Assembly (NCBI GenBank): GCA_038244085.1
Contig: JBBRTX010000001.1
Span: forward strand, 74,064 to 138,063
Direction: 5' to 3'
From: Bacteroidales bacterium
GTDB taxonomy: Bacteria; Bacteroidota; Bacteroidia; Bacteroidales; FEN-979
DNA length: 64,000 nucleotides
The position numbers were made by a program, and so were the translations under genes. Below, piece after piece: positions 1 to 9,582 of the stretch (within the stretch, counting starts at the first letter, position 1; each line of letters opens with the position of its first letter). The notes beneath the pieces were generated by a model. The model was not told the DNA's origin and made no database searches. It saw nothing but the letters and a program-made list of their open reading frames with translations.

Positions 1-176
1 TAGGTTCGCTTGCCCATGGCATCTTCTTCCGCATTGAAACGACGGAAGAACTGGTTCACCTGTTTGGTCTGGGCATAAAAAACGGTCTCATCCCGGTTAA
101 AATCGCCGATGGTTGTATTCTGGCTGAAAAGGGCCACAGGAAACAGGATCAGGAAGATGAGCGGGTTTACTTTCAT
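1..176 (-). CDS. hypothetical secreted protein, N-terminal fragment (gene runs off window start)
   Basis: ATG at complement 176-174 with an open frame down to position 1. The translation MKVNPLIFLILFPVALFSQNTTIGDF... looks like a signal peptide. It is absent from the ORF track because it has no stop in the window. Confidence 0.4.
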   Translation of the reverse strand, partial: MKVNPLIFLILFPVALFSQNTTIGDFNRDETVFYAQTKQVNQFFRRFNAEEDAMGKRT

Positions 177-261
177 TATCAACCTTTTTATATGAAGAAT
201 CAGAAACCGGGGATCTGATATGAACCCCGATTCCTGATCATCCGGAATGAATAATTACGGG

Positions 262-846
262 TTATTTCGATGTTTCTTTTACACGGATATCACCGAGAAG
301 CACATCCCAGAAGCCGATCAAACGGCCACCGATCTGCGTCTCTTTCCGTTTTACATAAACGGTGATATCCTTCTTCGTAGTATCTTCATAGATCAAACCT
401 TTTTCTTTGTCAAATCCCTGGAAACGCTGGTAAACGGTAATCACGCCGACATAAGTACCATCGGGCTGGCGTTCAAGGTCACTGACATACTGGATCTTAT
501 ACCAGTCGATATTCACCTTGTCGTAATTCAGCTGCATCAATCGGTCGAAATATTCCCGGATTTTGTAGTAGTTCACATCCGGACGTGCAACAGAAGAAAC
601 ACCGATCTCGCTGTTCTCCATAAAAAGTTCCACAGCCCGCTCGATCACACGCTGAGCATCCGACCAGGGGGTGCTTTTATCCCCGATGATGCTGATATAC
701 TTACTCAGATCACGGACTTTTTCGAGGGCAAGACTATCGATCGCCTGTTTACGCTGTGGTGAAAGGTTATCATCGCCTTTTTGTGCGAAAGATCCTGTAG
801 CGATTGTCATCAGACAAATCACCAGTATTGAAATTCTTCTTGTCAT
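262..846 (-). CDS. hypothetical secreted protein
   Basis: 194-aa ORF with an ATG start and signal peptide MTRRISILVICLMTIATGSFAQ. The overlapping plus-strand ORF 247-762 has no recognisable features. I do not recognise a family. Confidence 0.55.
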   Translation of the reverse strand: MTRRISILVICLMTIATGSFAQKGDDNLSPQRKQAIDSLALEKVRDLSKYISIIGDKSTPWSDAQRVIERAVELFMENSEIGVSSVARPDVNYYKIREYFDRLMQLNYDKVNIDWYKIQYVSDLERQPDGTYVGVITVYQRFQGFDKEKGLIYEDTTKKDITVYVKRKETQIGGRLIGFWDVLLGDIRVKETSK

Positions 847-852
847 GTTCCG

Positions 853-1662
853 TTATTTTTTAATGAGATCGAGTTCTTTGATTTTTCCACTGTTGTCCAT
901 CTGGTAGGAGTCAATCGCGTTGCGATTTGCTTTCTGGTCGCGCAGAAAATCCAGATACCGTTTGATCGTAGTAGGTTTGTCATAATCTACCATGCTTCCG
1001 TCGCGGCTGATAATGATCAGCACGGGGGCATCAGGGCTTGAAAAGAGATTGAGCGTGCTGTTGGTAAGGGTGGTTGCCTGGGGTAGATTCCCGCTTTTTC
1101 CTGCATCAGCGATGCCCTGGAACGCGTTTTCCAGCTGGTTTTTGAGGGGGACATTTCCGGAGCCTTTCATTCCTGCTATCTTTTGTTCTACCTTGGCGAT
1201 CAGTTCATTGATACCGGGATCGTTCAGGTTCATGGCCTTGATCCTGGCCAGTTCCCGTTCCAGTTCTTCAACCGGTCTCCCGTCTTTATTGAGCAAAAGG
1301 TCGAGCAGATCCGCCCGGGCTTCATCAATTTTTTGCTGGCGGGCTTTATCACGTTCAGCGAAAGCCTTTTTCAGCACATCCTGGGCTTCAGCGATCATGC
1401 CGTCAAGCACCGGGTCTTTCAGGTTTTTCCTTACAATATCCTTCACGATACGGTCCTGCTGTTCCAGTGTCTTGGTGCTGGTACCATCGATAATCGGGGT
1501 CAGTTGTTTTTTTGAGGATTCAATCTGAGCCTTGCGCTCTTTCCTGGAGAGTTTTCCTGAAGATTTACATCCTACGGTTCCCGCAGCCATTGCTGTTATC
1601 AGCATGACGATCACCATGTGATGCCACCTGAGGGAACTTATTGTTGAAATGATTTTGGTCAT
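853..1662 (-). CDS. hypothetical lipoprotein with coiled-coil-like K/E/Q-rich body
   Basis: The ORF-track start at 1686 is TTG. The first ATG (1662) gives MTKIISTISSLRWHHMVIVMLITAMAAGTVGC, a signal peptide ending in Cys. It lies directly downstream of gcvT on the same strand. Confidence 0.5.
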   Translation of the reverse strand: MTKIISTISSLRWHHMVIVMLITAMAAGTVGCKSSGKLSRKERKAQIESSKKQLTPIIDGTSTKTLEQQDRIVKDIVRKNLKDPVLDGMIAEAQDVLKKAFAERDKARQQKIDEARADLLDLLLNKDGRPVEELERELARIKAMNLNDPGINELIAKVEQKIAGMKGSGNVPLKNQLENAFQGIADAGKSGNLPQATTLTNSTLNLFSSPDAPVLIIISRDGSMVDYDKPTTIKRYLDFLRDQKANRNAIDSYQMDNSGKIKELDLIKK

Positions 1663-1686
1663 AGTTTTCGATTTTAAATTTGACAA

Positions 1687-2775
1687 TTAACCTTTATAAA
1701 AAGGCATTTTTACCACACTGGCCTTTAAAGCCTTATCGCGTATTTTAATCAGTATTTCGTTTCCTACGGTACTTTTAGAAATCGGAACGTAACCCATCCC
1801 GATCGGCTTCTTCAACGTAGGCGCCATACTTCCGGAGGTAACCTCACCGGTTACCTTGCCCTGTTCATCAACAATTGAATAACCATGACGGGGAATTCCC
1901 ATCTCCACCATCTCGAAACCTACGAGCCGGCGGGTGGTTCCTTCTTTTTTCTGACGAAGCAATTCAGCTTTATTGATAAATTCCTTTTCAGGAGTGAATT
2001 TCGTGATCCATCCCAGTCCTGCCTCAATCGGTGAAGTGGTGTCGATGATATCGTTTCCGTAAAGACAGAATCCCATCTCCAGGCGAAGGGTATCGCGGGC
2101 AGCCAGTCCGATTGATTTCAACCCGAATTCCTTACCGGCTTCCCAAACGGCAGCCCAGATCTTCGGTGCATCTTCATTCGACATGTAAATCTCACATCCC
2201 CCTGACCCGGTATAACCCGTCGTGGAAAAGAGAATATCCTTTACACCGGCGAATGTGAGCTTTTTAAAAGTATAATATTCCATATCCGTTACGGAAGTAT
2301 CTGTCAGCTTCTGCATGGCTTTCAACGCTAGCGGGCCCTGTATGGCCAATTGGGCGGTATCATCCGATACATTGGTCAGCGTGGCACCCATCTTATTCTG
2401 TTTGTTGCACCATGCCCAGTCCTTGTCAATATTGGCTGCATTGACTACCAGCAGGTAAGTCTCCGCATCAAACCGGTAAACCAGCAAGTCATCAACGATA
2501 CCCCCCTGTTCATTGGGAAAACATGAATACTGAACCTTACCGTCGACCAGTTTGGAAGCATCATTGGAGGTCACCCATTGAACAAAATCGAGGGCTTTCG
2601 GTCCTTTAACCCAGAATTCTCCCATGTGCGAAACATCGAAAACGCCAACACCTTTTCTGACGGTTTCATGCTCGGCGATCACGCCTTCAAACTGAACGGG
2701 CATGTTGTAACCCGCAAAGGGAACCATCTTGGCGCCCATGGTTTCGTGAAATTTAGTAAAAGCAGTGTCTTTCAT
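1687..2775 (-). CDS. gcvT: glycine cleavage system T protein (aminomethyltransferase)
   Basis: [31 protein letters not shown]... and full-length similarity to GcvT as I recall it. I chose the ATG at 2775 rather than 2832 because homologues start at the MK..T..H..LGAKMV motif. Confidence 0.9.
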   Translation of the reverse strand: MKDTAFTKFHETMGAKMVPFAGYNMPVQFEGVIAEHETVRKGVGVFDVSHMGEFWVKGPKALDFVQWVTSNDASKLVDGKVQYSCFPNEQGGIVDDLLVYRFDAETYLLVVNAANIDKDWAWCNKQNKMGATLTNVSDDTAQLAIQGPLALKAMQKLTDTSVTDMEYYTFKKLTFAGVKDILFSTTGYTGSGGCEIYMSNEDAPKIWAAVWEAGKEFGLKSIGLAARDTLRLEMGFCLYGNDIIDTTSPIEAGLGWITKFTPEKEFINKAELLRQKKEGTTRRLVGFEMVEMGIPRHGYSIVDEQGKVTGEVTSGSMAPTLKKPIGMGYVPISKSTVGNEILIKIRDKALKASVVKMPFYKG

Positions 2776-2871
2776 TGTTGTTTTGTTTAAAAGTCGGCTG
2801 AAATATTTATGATCATTTTTGGTATTCTGCAATCCTGGAGAATTCTATTCTTTATATTCGCCTTAACGTTA

Positions 2872-2879
2872 CAAATGTA
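2872..2879 (-). promoter_or_regulatory. candidate Bacteroidetes -7 box (TACATTTG on minus strand) upstream of gcvT
   Basis: Plus-strand CAAATGTA is TAnnTTTG on the minus strand, about 97 nt upstream of the preferred gcvT ATG. Confidence 0.3.
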
Positions 2880-2973
2880 GGAAAAATTGTGGGTCGGTCT
2901 TTTATACAGCTGATGAATTGCTAACTTAAAATGGTTCATAACTTGAATGAAATAAAGGTTTCCGCTTTTTTTG

Positions 2974-2981
2974 TACTTTTG
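2974..2981 (+). promoter_or_regulatory. candidate Bacteroidetes -7 box (TACTTTTG) upstream of the capD-like gene
   Basis: Exact TAnnTTTG match 22 nt upstream of the ATG at 3003. No clean -33 TTTG at the expected spacing. Confidence 0.3.
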
Positions 2982-3002
2982 AATTCAAATTAATGATCCC
3001 GG

Positions 3003-4892
3003 ATGAAAATCTCTTTCCTGCGCCATAATACCCCAAGGTGGCTGATCTTTTTGATCGACACCGGTATTGTGGTATTTTCTCTGTTGTTCGCCTATCTCCT
3101 CAGGTTTAACTTTGCTGTTCCCGTAGTGGAATACGAGCCTTTGCCACAAATCATGGCCTGGGTGGTGACAATAAGGATCATCAGTTTCATCGTCGGACGA
3201 ACTTCTGCAGGGATCATACGCTACACCAGCACGGCCGATGCAATGCGCGTCATCGCTACTCTTTTGGCCGGAAGTATCCTGTTCATCCTTACCAACCTGG
3301 TCACCTTCTACCTCATTAATGGGAAATTCTTTATCCCATTTTCCATCATCATCATCGACTTCCTTGTTACCACAATGGCTATGATCACCTTCCGGATGAT
3401 CGTTAAACTCGCTTACCTCGAATTCCATAACTCCGAACGGGTTCTGATGAATGTGATCATTTACGGAGCAGGAGAAGCAGGGATCACCACGAAACGGGTC
3501 CTCGACCATGATATCGGCACTAAATTCAAGATCATCGCCTTTATTGATGATAATCCCAACAAAGTGGGCAAAAAACTGGAAGGGGTTGATATTGTTGGTC
3601 CTGACAAGATCGATGCAATCCTTGAAGAAAACCAGGTTGCTAACCTGATCCTGTCGATTCCGGAATTTGATCCGCAACGGAAAGAAGCGTTGGTAGATCA
3701 ATGCCTGTCGCATGACGTGAAGGTGATGACCGTTCCCCCGATGATGAAATGGATCAATGGCGAGCTGAGTTTTAACCAGATCCGGAAGGTCAACATCGAA
3801 GAACTGCTGGAACGTCCCGAAATCCGCCTTGAGAAACGCTTGATCCGTGAGGAGTTGGCCGACAAGGTGATCCTGATCACCGGGGCAGCCGGATCAATCG
3901 GGAGTGAGATCGTTCGTCAGGCAGCTAAATTCTTACCCAAACAACTGGTGCTGGTCGACCAGGCTGAAACGGCTCTGCACAACCTCGAACTGGAACTGAA
4001 GGAAGAAAACATTGCCCTGCCACTTGAATTTATCATCGGGGATATCAGGGATCAGCAAAAGATGGAGAGGATCTTCGAAGCATACCACCCCGAAATCCTT
4101 TATCATGCCGCTGCCTACAAGCATGTTCCCATGATGGAAGGCAATCCCGGTGAAGCCATCCTCACCAACGTCAATGGAACCCGGATCCTGGCAGACCTTT
4201 CCATTCGGTTCAAAGTCGGGAAATTCGTGATGATATCCACGGATAAGGCCGTAAACCCGACCAATGTGATGGGTGCATCCAAAAGGATCGCAGAGATTTA
4301 CGCCCAATCGCTCAACAGCCCAAACGAAACGCTTTTCATCACCACCCGTTTTGGCAACGTGCTGGGCTCAAACGGCTCGGTGATCCCGCTTTTCAGGAGC
4401 CAGATCGAAAAAGGTGGTCCGATTACGGTTACCCATCCCGAAATCACCCGTTTCTTCATGACCATTCCCGAAGCTTGCCAGCTGGTACTGGAGGCAGGTA
4501 CCATCGGAAAAGGAGGTGAAATATTCATCTTCGACATGGGACAGTCGGTTCGTATCGTCGATCTGGCAAAAAAGATGATTCGCCTTTCGGGATTGACGCT
4601 GGGCAAGGACATCCAGATTAAGTTTACAGGGCTAAGGCCTGGTGAGAAGCTCTATGAAGAATTGCTGAACAAAGAAGAAGACACCCTCCCGACTCATCAT
4701 CCGCGCATCCTGGTCGCTAAAGTGAAGGAATATGACACCAAAGAAGTCGCCGGATTGATCACTCACCTGGTAAATACAGCAACGACCGGATCTTCGCTGG
4801 ATATCGTCCGGGAAATGAAATCGATCGTTCCCGAATTTATCAGTCAGAACTCGGTATTCGAGAAGCTGGATCCTAAACCGGCCATCCGATAA
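3003..4892 (+). CDS. membrane-anchored nucleotide-sugar 4,6-dehydratase/epimerase, CapD/PglF/WbpM family
   Basis: N-terminal TM helices, a second Rossmann segment VIIYGAGEAG, the NAD motif ILITGAAGSIGSEI, and the SDR catalytic YHAAAYKHV (YxxxK). The length of 629 aa is typical of the family. Confidence 0.85.
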   Translation: MKISFLRHNTPRWLIFLIDTGIVVFSLLFAYLLRFNFAVPVVEYEPLPQIMAWVVTIRIISFIVGRTSAGIIRYTSTADAMRVIATLLAGSILFILTNLVTFYLINGKFFIPFSIIIIDFLVTTMAMITFRMIVKLAYLEFHNSERVLMNVIIYGAGEAGITTKRVLDHDIGTKFKIIAFIDDNPNKVGKKLEGVDIVGPDKIDAILEENQVANLILSIPEFDPQRKEALVDQCLSHDVKVMTVPPMMKWINGELSFNQIRKVNIEELLERPEIRLEKRLIREELADKVILITGAAGSIGSEIVRQAAKFLPKQLVLVDQAETALHNLELELKEENIALPLEFIIGDIRDQQKMERIFEAYHPEILYHAAAYKHVPMMEGNPGEAILTNVNGTRILADLSIRFKVGKFVMISTDKAVNPTNVMGASKRIAEIYAQSLNSPNETLFITTRFGNVLGSNGSVIPLFRSQIEKGGPITVTHPEITRFFMTIPEACQLVLEAGTIGKGGEIFIFDMGQSVRIVDLAKKMIRLSGLTLGKDIQIKFTGLRPGEKLYEELLNKEEDTLPTHHPRILVAKVKEYDTKEVAGLITHLVNTATTGSSLDIVREMKSIVPEFISQNSVFEKLDPKPAIR

Positions 4893-5800
4893 TGTCTACC
4901 CTGGTCACCATCCTCGGACCAACGGCCTCGGGCAAGACAGCCCTGGCTGCCCGGCTCGCGTCGCGGATGGATGGAGAGATCATTTCTGCCGATTCGCGGC
5001 AAGTTTACCGCGGAATGAACATCGGTACCGGTAAAGATCTCCTGGAATATCAGGTTGAAGGAAAACAGGTACCGGTTCACCTGGTTGACATTGCCAATCC
5101 CGGAGAGGAATATAACGTCTTTCGCTTCCGGCAGGACTTTTCAAGAGCCATCAAGGATATCTCATCACGCGGGAAGGTTGCAATCCTGTGTGGTGGCTCG
5201 GGAATGTACCTTTCATCAGTACTTCAGGATTACAAGCTTCCTGAAGCCACGTGGGATAAGGCTGAGATAAAAATTCTTGAGAAGAAATCAGACCAGCAGC
5301 TGATCTCCATCCTGCAATCGTTGAAAACGCCTCATAATACTACCGATCTGCTCGACCGTACACGGCTCATCCGTGCGATCGTGATCGGGCAGGCGGATAA
5401 AAATCTGCCCGAGTTACCGAACATTGATAAAAAACTCACATTCGGGATTAGGTACGACCGGAGTATCTTACGATTGCGTATCACAGAAAGGCTGGATTTC
5501 AGGCTTCAAAACGGAATGGTTGAAGAAGTAAAAGGACTGCTTGATTCAGGTGTAACACCGGAACAACTAAAGTTTTACGGGCTTGAATACCGGTACATCA
5601 CTTCCTATCTGGAAAATGAAATTACCTACCATGAACTGTTCCGGTTGCTCAACATCGCCATTCACCAGTTTGCCAAACGCCAGATGACCTGGTTCCGCAG
5701 GATGGAACGTAACGGATGCGAGATCCATTGGATCGACGGAGAACTCACGATAGAAGAGAAACTTGGACAGGTTATGCGTTATGAGATCCCATCTAACTAA
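4892..5800 (+). CDS. miaA: tRNA dimethylallyltransferase
   Basis: P-loop ILGPTASGKTALA, then ISADSRQVYRGMNIGTGK. The start overlaps the upstream stop (TAATG). Confidence 0.9.
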   Translation: MSTLVTILGPTASGKTALAARLASRMDGEIISADSRQVYRGMNIGTGKDLLEYQVEGKQVPVHLVDIANPGEEYNVFRFRQDFSRAIKDISSRGKVAILCGGSGMYLSSVLQDYKLPEATWDKAEIKILEKKSDQQLISILQSLKTPHNTTDLLDRTRLIRAIVIGQADKNLPELPNIDKKLTFGIRYDRSILRLRITERLDFRLQNGMVEEVKGLLDSGVTPEQLKFYGLEYRYITSYLENEITYHELFRLLNIAIHQFAKRQMTWFRRMERNGCEIHWIDGELTIEEKLGQVMRYEIPSN

Positions 5801-6067
5801 CCTTAAAACCCAAACCGGATTTTCATTCCGGAATTATACTGATATTATTTCTGCTGTCCAATCCCTGGCATAGATTTGTAATCCCATTTATAGCGCGGGT
5901 TTGTGGCCCCTACAGCAACGATGAAATTCGGGAGAGTATCATTTGAAACTTTTTAAATTTAAAAACAAACCGAATTTCAGATAACAATACCAAATGCCAA
6001 GTAAATCCAAGAACCAAAAAATATTTTATATTTACATTCATTAAAAACCTTTTCAATTTTATGCATC

Positions 6068-8173
6068 ATGAAAAAACTCTCCCTCTTCCTAGCAGTTATG
6101 AGCCTCTTTGCCATGAATTCCTGTAAACATTCGATCAAATACCCGGTAGCCCAAAAGGTGGATACCGTTGACAATTATTTCGGAACAAAAATCGCCGATC
6201 CGTATCGCTGGATGGAGAACGACACTTCCAAAGCCACCGCCGAATGGGTTATTGCCGAAAACAAGATCACCGAAGATTATCTTTCAAAGATCCCTTTCCG
6301 CAACAAGATCCGCGAACGCCATACCAAGATCTGGAACTTTCCCAAATATGGCGTTCCCTTCCATGAAGGCCAATGGTATTTTTTCTTTAAAAACGATGGG
6401 CTACAGAACCAGTCAGTCCTATATGTCCGGAAAGGAATTGCCGGTGAAATAAGGGTTTTGCTAGATCCCAACAAATTATCGGAAGATGGAACCGTCGCCC
6501 TCTCCGAACAATCTGCTTCCAACGACGGGAAGTATCTTGCATACAGCATTTCCCGCAGCGGTTCCGACTGGAATGAGATTTATGTGCTGGATATCGAAAC
6601 CGGAAAAGTGCTGACTGATAAACTCGAATGGGTTAAATTCTCAGGTATGGCTTGGCAGAAGAATGGTTTTTATTACAGCCGTTTTGATGAACCCAAAGGA
6701 TCGGCGCTTTCAAATCAAAACGAGAATCACAAAGTTTACTATCATACGATCGGCACAACCCAGGCTGCTGATAAGCTGATTTACGAAAACAAGAGTCAGC
6801 CGAAAAGAAATTATGGTGCACAGGTTACCGAAGATGAGCGTTTCCTGCTGATTTATGAATCGGAAACCACCAGTGGTGTAGGACTATATTACAAAGATCT
6901 TCTGAAACCCGCAATGTCATTCATCCAGATTGCTGAAGGTTTCGAATTCGAATATGGTGTGGTGGACAATGTTGGTGACAAACTGCTCGTAGTGACCAAT
7001 AATAAAGCCCCCCGCAAAAAGCTGGTGATGATTGATCCGGCGAAGCCTCAGCCCGAAAACTGGCAAACCATCATTCCCGAGAAGGAAGAAGTGCTGGAAG
7101 GCATCAGCCTGGCCGGGGGAAAAGCAGTTGCCTACTATATGCACAACGCCACCAGCAAGGTGTATGTTTATGATCTTAACGGAAAAATGATCAGCGAACT
7201 GGGACTTCCGGGTATCGGTACACTGGCAGGCTTCAGCAGCAAGAAGAAAGACACCATCGCGTTTTATGGCTATACCTCTTTCACTTTTCCATCGACCATT
7301 TATAAATATGACCTGTTAACCGGAAAGTCAGAAATCTACAATAAACCGGAAATTGACTTTGATGCCACCGCCTTTGAAGTGAAACAGGTGTTTTACAAGA
7401 GCAAGGATGGCACCGAGATTCCCATGTTCATCATCCACAAAAAAGGCCTTGTCCTTGATGGCAACAACCCGACACTGGTTTATGGTTACGGCGGATTTAA
7501 CATCAGCCTCACACCGGCTTTCAGTATCAGTCGGCTGGTATTTCTCGAAAATGGCGGTGTATATGCCATGGTTAACCTCCGCGGTGGCGGTGAGTTTGGC
7601 GAAGAATGGCACAAGGCCGGGATCAAGGAGAAGAAACAAAATGTATTCGACGATTTTATTGCTGCCGCCGAATACCTGATCAAAGAAAAATATACCCGAT
7701 CGGAGAAACTCGCCATGATGGGTGGTTCAAATGGCGGACTCCTCATTGGTGCAGTCATGACCCAGCGCCCTGAGCTTTTCCATGTTGCGATTCCGCAGGT
7801 TGGTGTGATGGATATGCTTCGATATCATAAATTCACCATTGGTCATGCCTGGGCCGGCGATTACGGAACGAGCGACACAAAAGAAGGTTTTGATTACCTG
7901 ATCAAATATTCCCCCTTACAAACCCTGAAGAAAGGCGTCCAGTATCCTGCCACATTGGCCTTTACGGCTGATCACGACGACCGGGTGGTTCCGGCGCATA
8001 CCTTTAAATTCATGGCAACGCTCCAGGAAGACCAGGCCGGTGATAATCCGGTGTTGGTACGTATCGAAAGCAAAGCCGGGCACGGTGCAGGAAAGCCCAC
8101 CGCCAAGCTGATTGATGAGGTGACAGATCTTTGGTCTTTTGTTTTATATAATCTTGGAATGAACTTTAAGTAA
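6068..8173 (+). CDS. prolyl oligopeptidase (S9A family), lipoprotein-type signal
   Basis: Signal peptide ending in Cys (LFAMNSC). N-terminal DPYRWMEND motif. Catalytic triad contexts GGSNGGLL (Ser), ADHDDRVVP (Asp) and KAGHGAGKP (His). Confidence 0.9.
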   Translation: MKKLSLFLAVMSLFAMNSCKHSIKYPVAQKVDTVDNYFGTKIADPYRWMENDTSKATAEWVIAENKITEDYLSKIPFRNKIRERHTKIWNFPKYGVPFHEGQWYFFFKNDGLQNQSVLYVRKGIAGEIRVLLDPNKLSEDGTVALSEQSASNDGKYLAYSISRSGSDWNEIYVLDIETGKVLTDKLEWVKFSGMAWQKNGFYYSRFDEPKGSALSNQNENHKVYYHTIGTTQAADKLIYENKSQPKRNYGAQVTEDERFLLIYESETTSGVGLYYKDLLKPAMSFIQIAEGFEFEYGVVDNVGDKLLVVTNNKAPRKKLVMIDPAKPQPENWQTIIPEKEEVLEGISLAGGKAVAYYMHNATSKVYVYDLNGKMISELGLPGIGTLAGFSSKKKDTIAFYGYTSFTFPSTIYKYDLLTGKSEIYNKPEIDFDATAFEVKQVFYKSKDGTEIPMFIIHKKGLVLDGNNPTLVYGYGGFNISLTPAFSISRLVFLENGGVYAMVNLRGGGEFGEEWHKAGIKEKKQNVFDDFIAAAEYLIKEKYTRSEKLAMMGGSNGGLLIGAVMTQRPELFHVAIPQVGVMDMLRYHKFTIGHAWAGDYGTSDTKEGFDYLIKYSPLQTLKKGVQYPATLAFTADHDDRVVPAHTFKFMATLQEDQAGDNPVLVRIESKAGHGAGKPTAKLIDEVTDLWSFVLYNLGMNFK

Positions 8174-8252
8174 TTACGAACCGAAAAAAAAAGTTTAGAA
8201 AAACATATCACCTTTTTGAAAATTTCCGATTAAAGTCATGTAATCGCACAGC

Positions 8253-8834
8253 ATGATCTATTTTTCAGATGAGGTATTGCTTAAGGGGCTGAAGGAACGA
8301 AGAACCGACTGCATCAGGCAACTGTACAGGGAGTTTTTCCCCATCGCCAAATCGATCGTCGAAAGAAACTCCGGCAATTATGAAGATGCCGAAGATGTCT
8401 TTCAGGACAGTATCGTAGTGCTTTACCAGAAAATCTCCAACGGAACGATCGAGATCAAATGCAGTTTGAAGACTTACTTCTACTCGATCTGCAGGAATAT
8501 CTGGCGGCAACGTCTCGACCGGAAATGGCGGCTGGTCTATCACGATGATTTCGTGAATGAACCGCAAGAAGACTATGAACCCGAGATTTTTAAGGTGGAT
8601 GAGAAAAAACTTGAACGATCAAGGCTTTTCCAGATGTATTTCCTCACCCTGCCCAAAGACTGTCAAAAGGTTCTGACACTTTTCATGGAAAATGTATCCT
8701 TGAAAGAAATTGCCCGGACCATGGGCTTCAAGGATGAATCCTACGCCAAGACCCGAAAATACCTCTGCAAAAACATGCTGCGCAAACGAATCATGAAAGA
8801 TCCAAACTTTAAAAGATTTTTTCAACATGAGTGA
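8253..8834 (+). CDS. ECF-type RNA polymerase sigma-70 family factor
   Basis: Region 2-like EDAEDVFQDSIVVLY...W and region 4 HTH LKEIARTMGFKDESYAKTRKYLCKNMLRKR, in a 193-aa protein. Confidence 0.8.
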   Translation: MIYFSDEVLLKGLKERRTDCIRQLYREFFPIAKSIVERNSGNYEDAEDVFQDSIVVLYQKISNGTIEIKCSLKTYFYSICRNIWRQRLDRKWRLVYHDDFVNEPQEDYEPEIFKVDEKKLERSRLFQMYFLTLPKDCQKVLTLFMENVSLKEIARTMGFKDESYAKTRKYLCKNMLRKRIMKDPNFKRFFQHE

Positions 8835-9582
8835 GCGCGAAAAATACCCGGAACTTATTGTCCGCTTCAACGCCGGAGAACTTGAAGGCGAAGAACTGCG
8901 ACAGTTTATTGAGTTATTGAAAAAGACCCCCAAACTTCAGGAAGAAGTTGCCCTCGATAAGGAAATCAATGAATACTTATCCGAAGAAAATCTTCTCGAC
9001 CTTCGCAGAAAGATGCTTTCGGTCCAAAAGGAGAAGACCGGCGACAAAAACAGGAACTTTTTTTACCTGCTGGCCGCTTCCCTCCTGCTTCTTCTTTCCA
9101 TCGGAGTTTTCCTGTTTTCGCAGATGTCAAAAGACAAAACACGCGGAAAATCAAATATTACCCATACCGGTAATGACGGTGTAGTCAATTCGCAAAAATC
9201 TGTTCCCGTCATCACAGATTTGCTACCTCAACGAAAAGACAAAGAAAAGCCTGTTCAACTGGCTTCCAACTTCCAGCCCGATCCTGCCTATGAAAGCCTT
9301 GCCGGAAACATCATGCGATCTGATAAATTTGAACTGCTTCAACCCACGGCTGCCCAAATCTTCCGGAAAAACGGGAATATTCTTTTCAGGTGGGATATGC
9401 CTGATGGTAAAAAGCTGATGATCCGGATTGTGAATAACAAAGGGAAACAGATCCTGGAATACAGTGTTAACGATCTGCACCAATTGGAAATACCTGTGAA
9501 GCGTTTGCCTCCGGGACTTTTCTATTATAAAATCCTGGAAGATGATGAAATTCTCTTTGTGGGGAAATTTTCGATTGAATAA
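8827..9582 (+). CDS. putative anti-sigma factor (single-pass membrane protein)
   Basis: The start overlaps the sigma gene stop by 8 nt. Short cytoplasmic N-domain, one TM (FFYLLAASLLLLLSIGVFLF), and an extracytoplasmic beta-rich C-domain. The call rests on position and topology. Confidence 0.5.
   Translation: MSEREKYPELIVRFNAGELEGEELRQFIELLKKTPKLQEEVALDKEINEYLSEENLLDLRRKMLSVQKEKTGDKNRNFFYLLAASLLLLLSIGVFLFSQMSKDKTRGKSNITHTGNDGVVNSQKSVPVITDLLPQRKDKEKPVQLASNFQPDPAYESLAGNIMRSDKFELLQPTAAQIFRKNGNILFRWDMPDGKKLMIRIVNNKGKQILEYSVNDLHQLEIPVKRLPPGLFYYKILEDDEILFVGKFSIE

Noticed and set aside
247-762. Plus-strand 171-aa ORF. The same applies to many similar long antisense ORFs, for example 992-1528, 2985-3713, 3933-4307, 22710-23117, 23936-24772, 25475-26071, 38857-39282 and 60706-61143.
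   Set aside because: Each lies fully inside, and antisense to, a gene with clear family motifs or a signal peptide. Their translations are low-complexity or lack any motif, so I treat them as shadow ORFs.
2776-2900. Glycine riboswitch in the gcvT leader.
   Set aside because: The conserved glycine-aptamer elements (GGAGAG ... CACCG ... ACCGAAGGGGCAA-type cores) are not present in the minus-strand leader.
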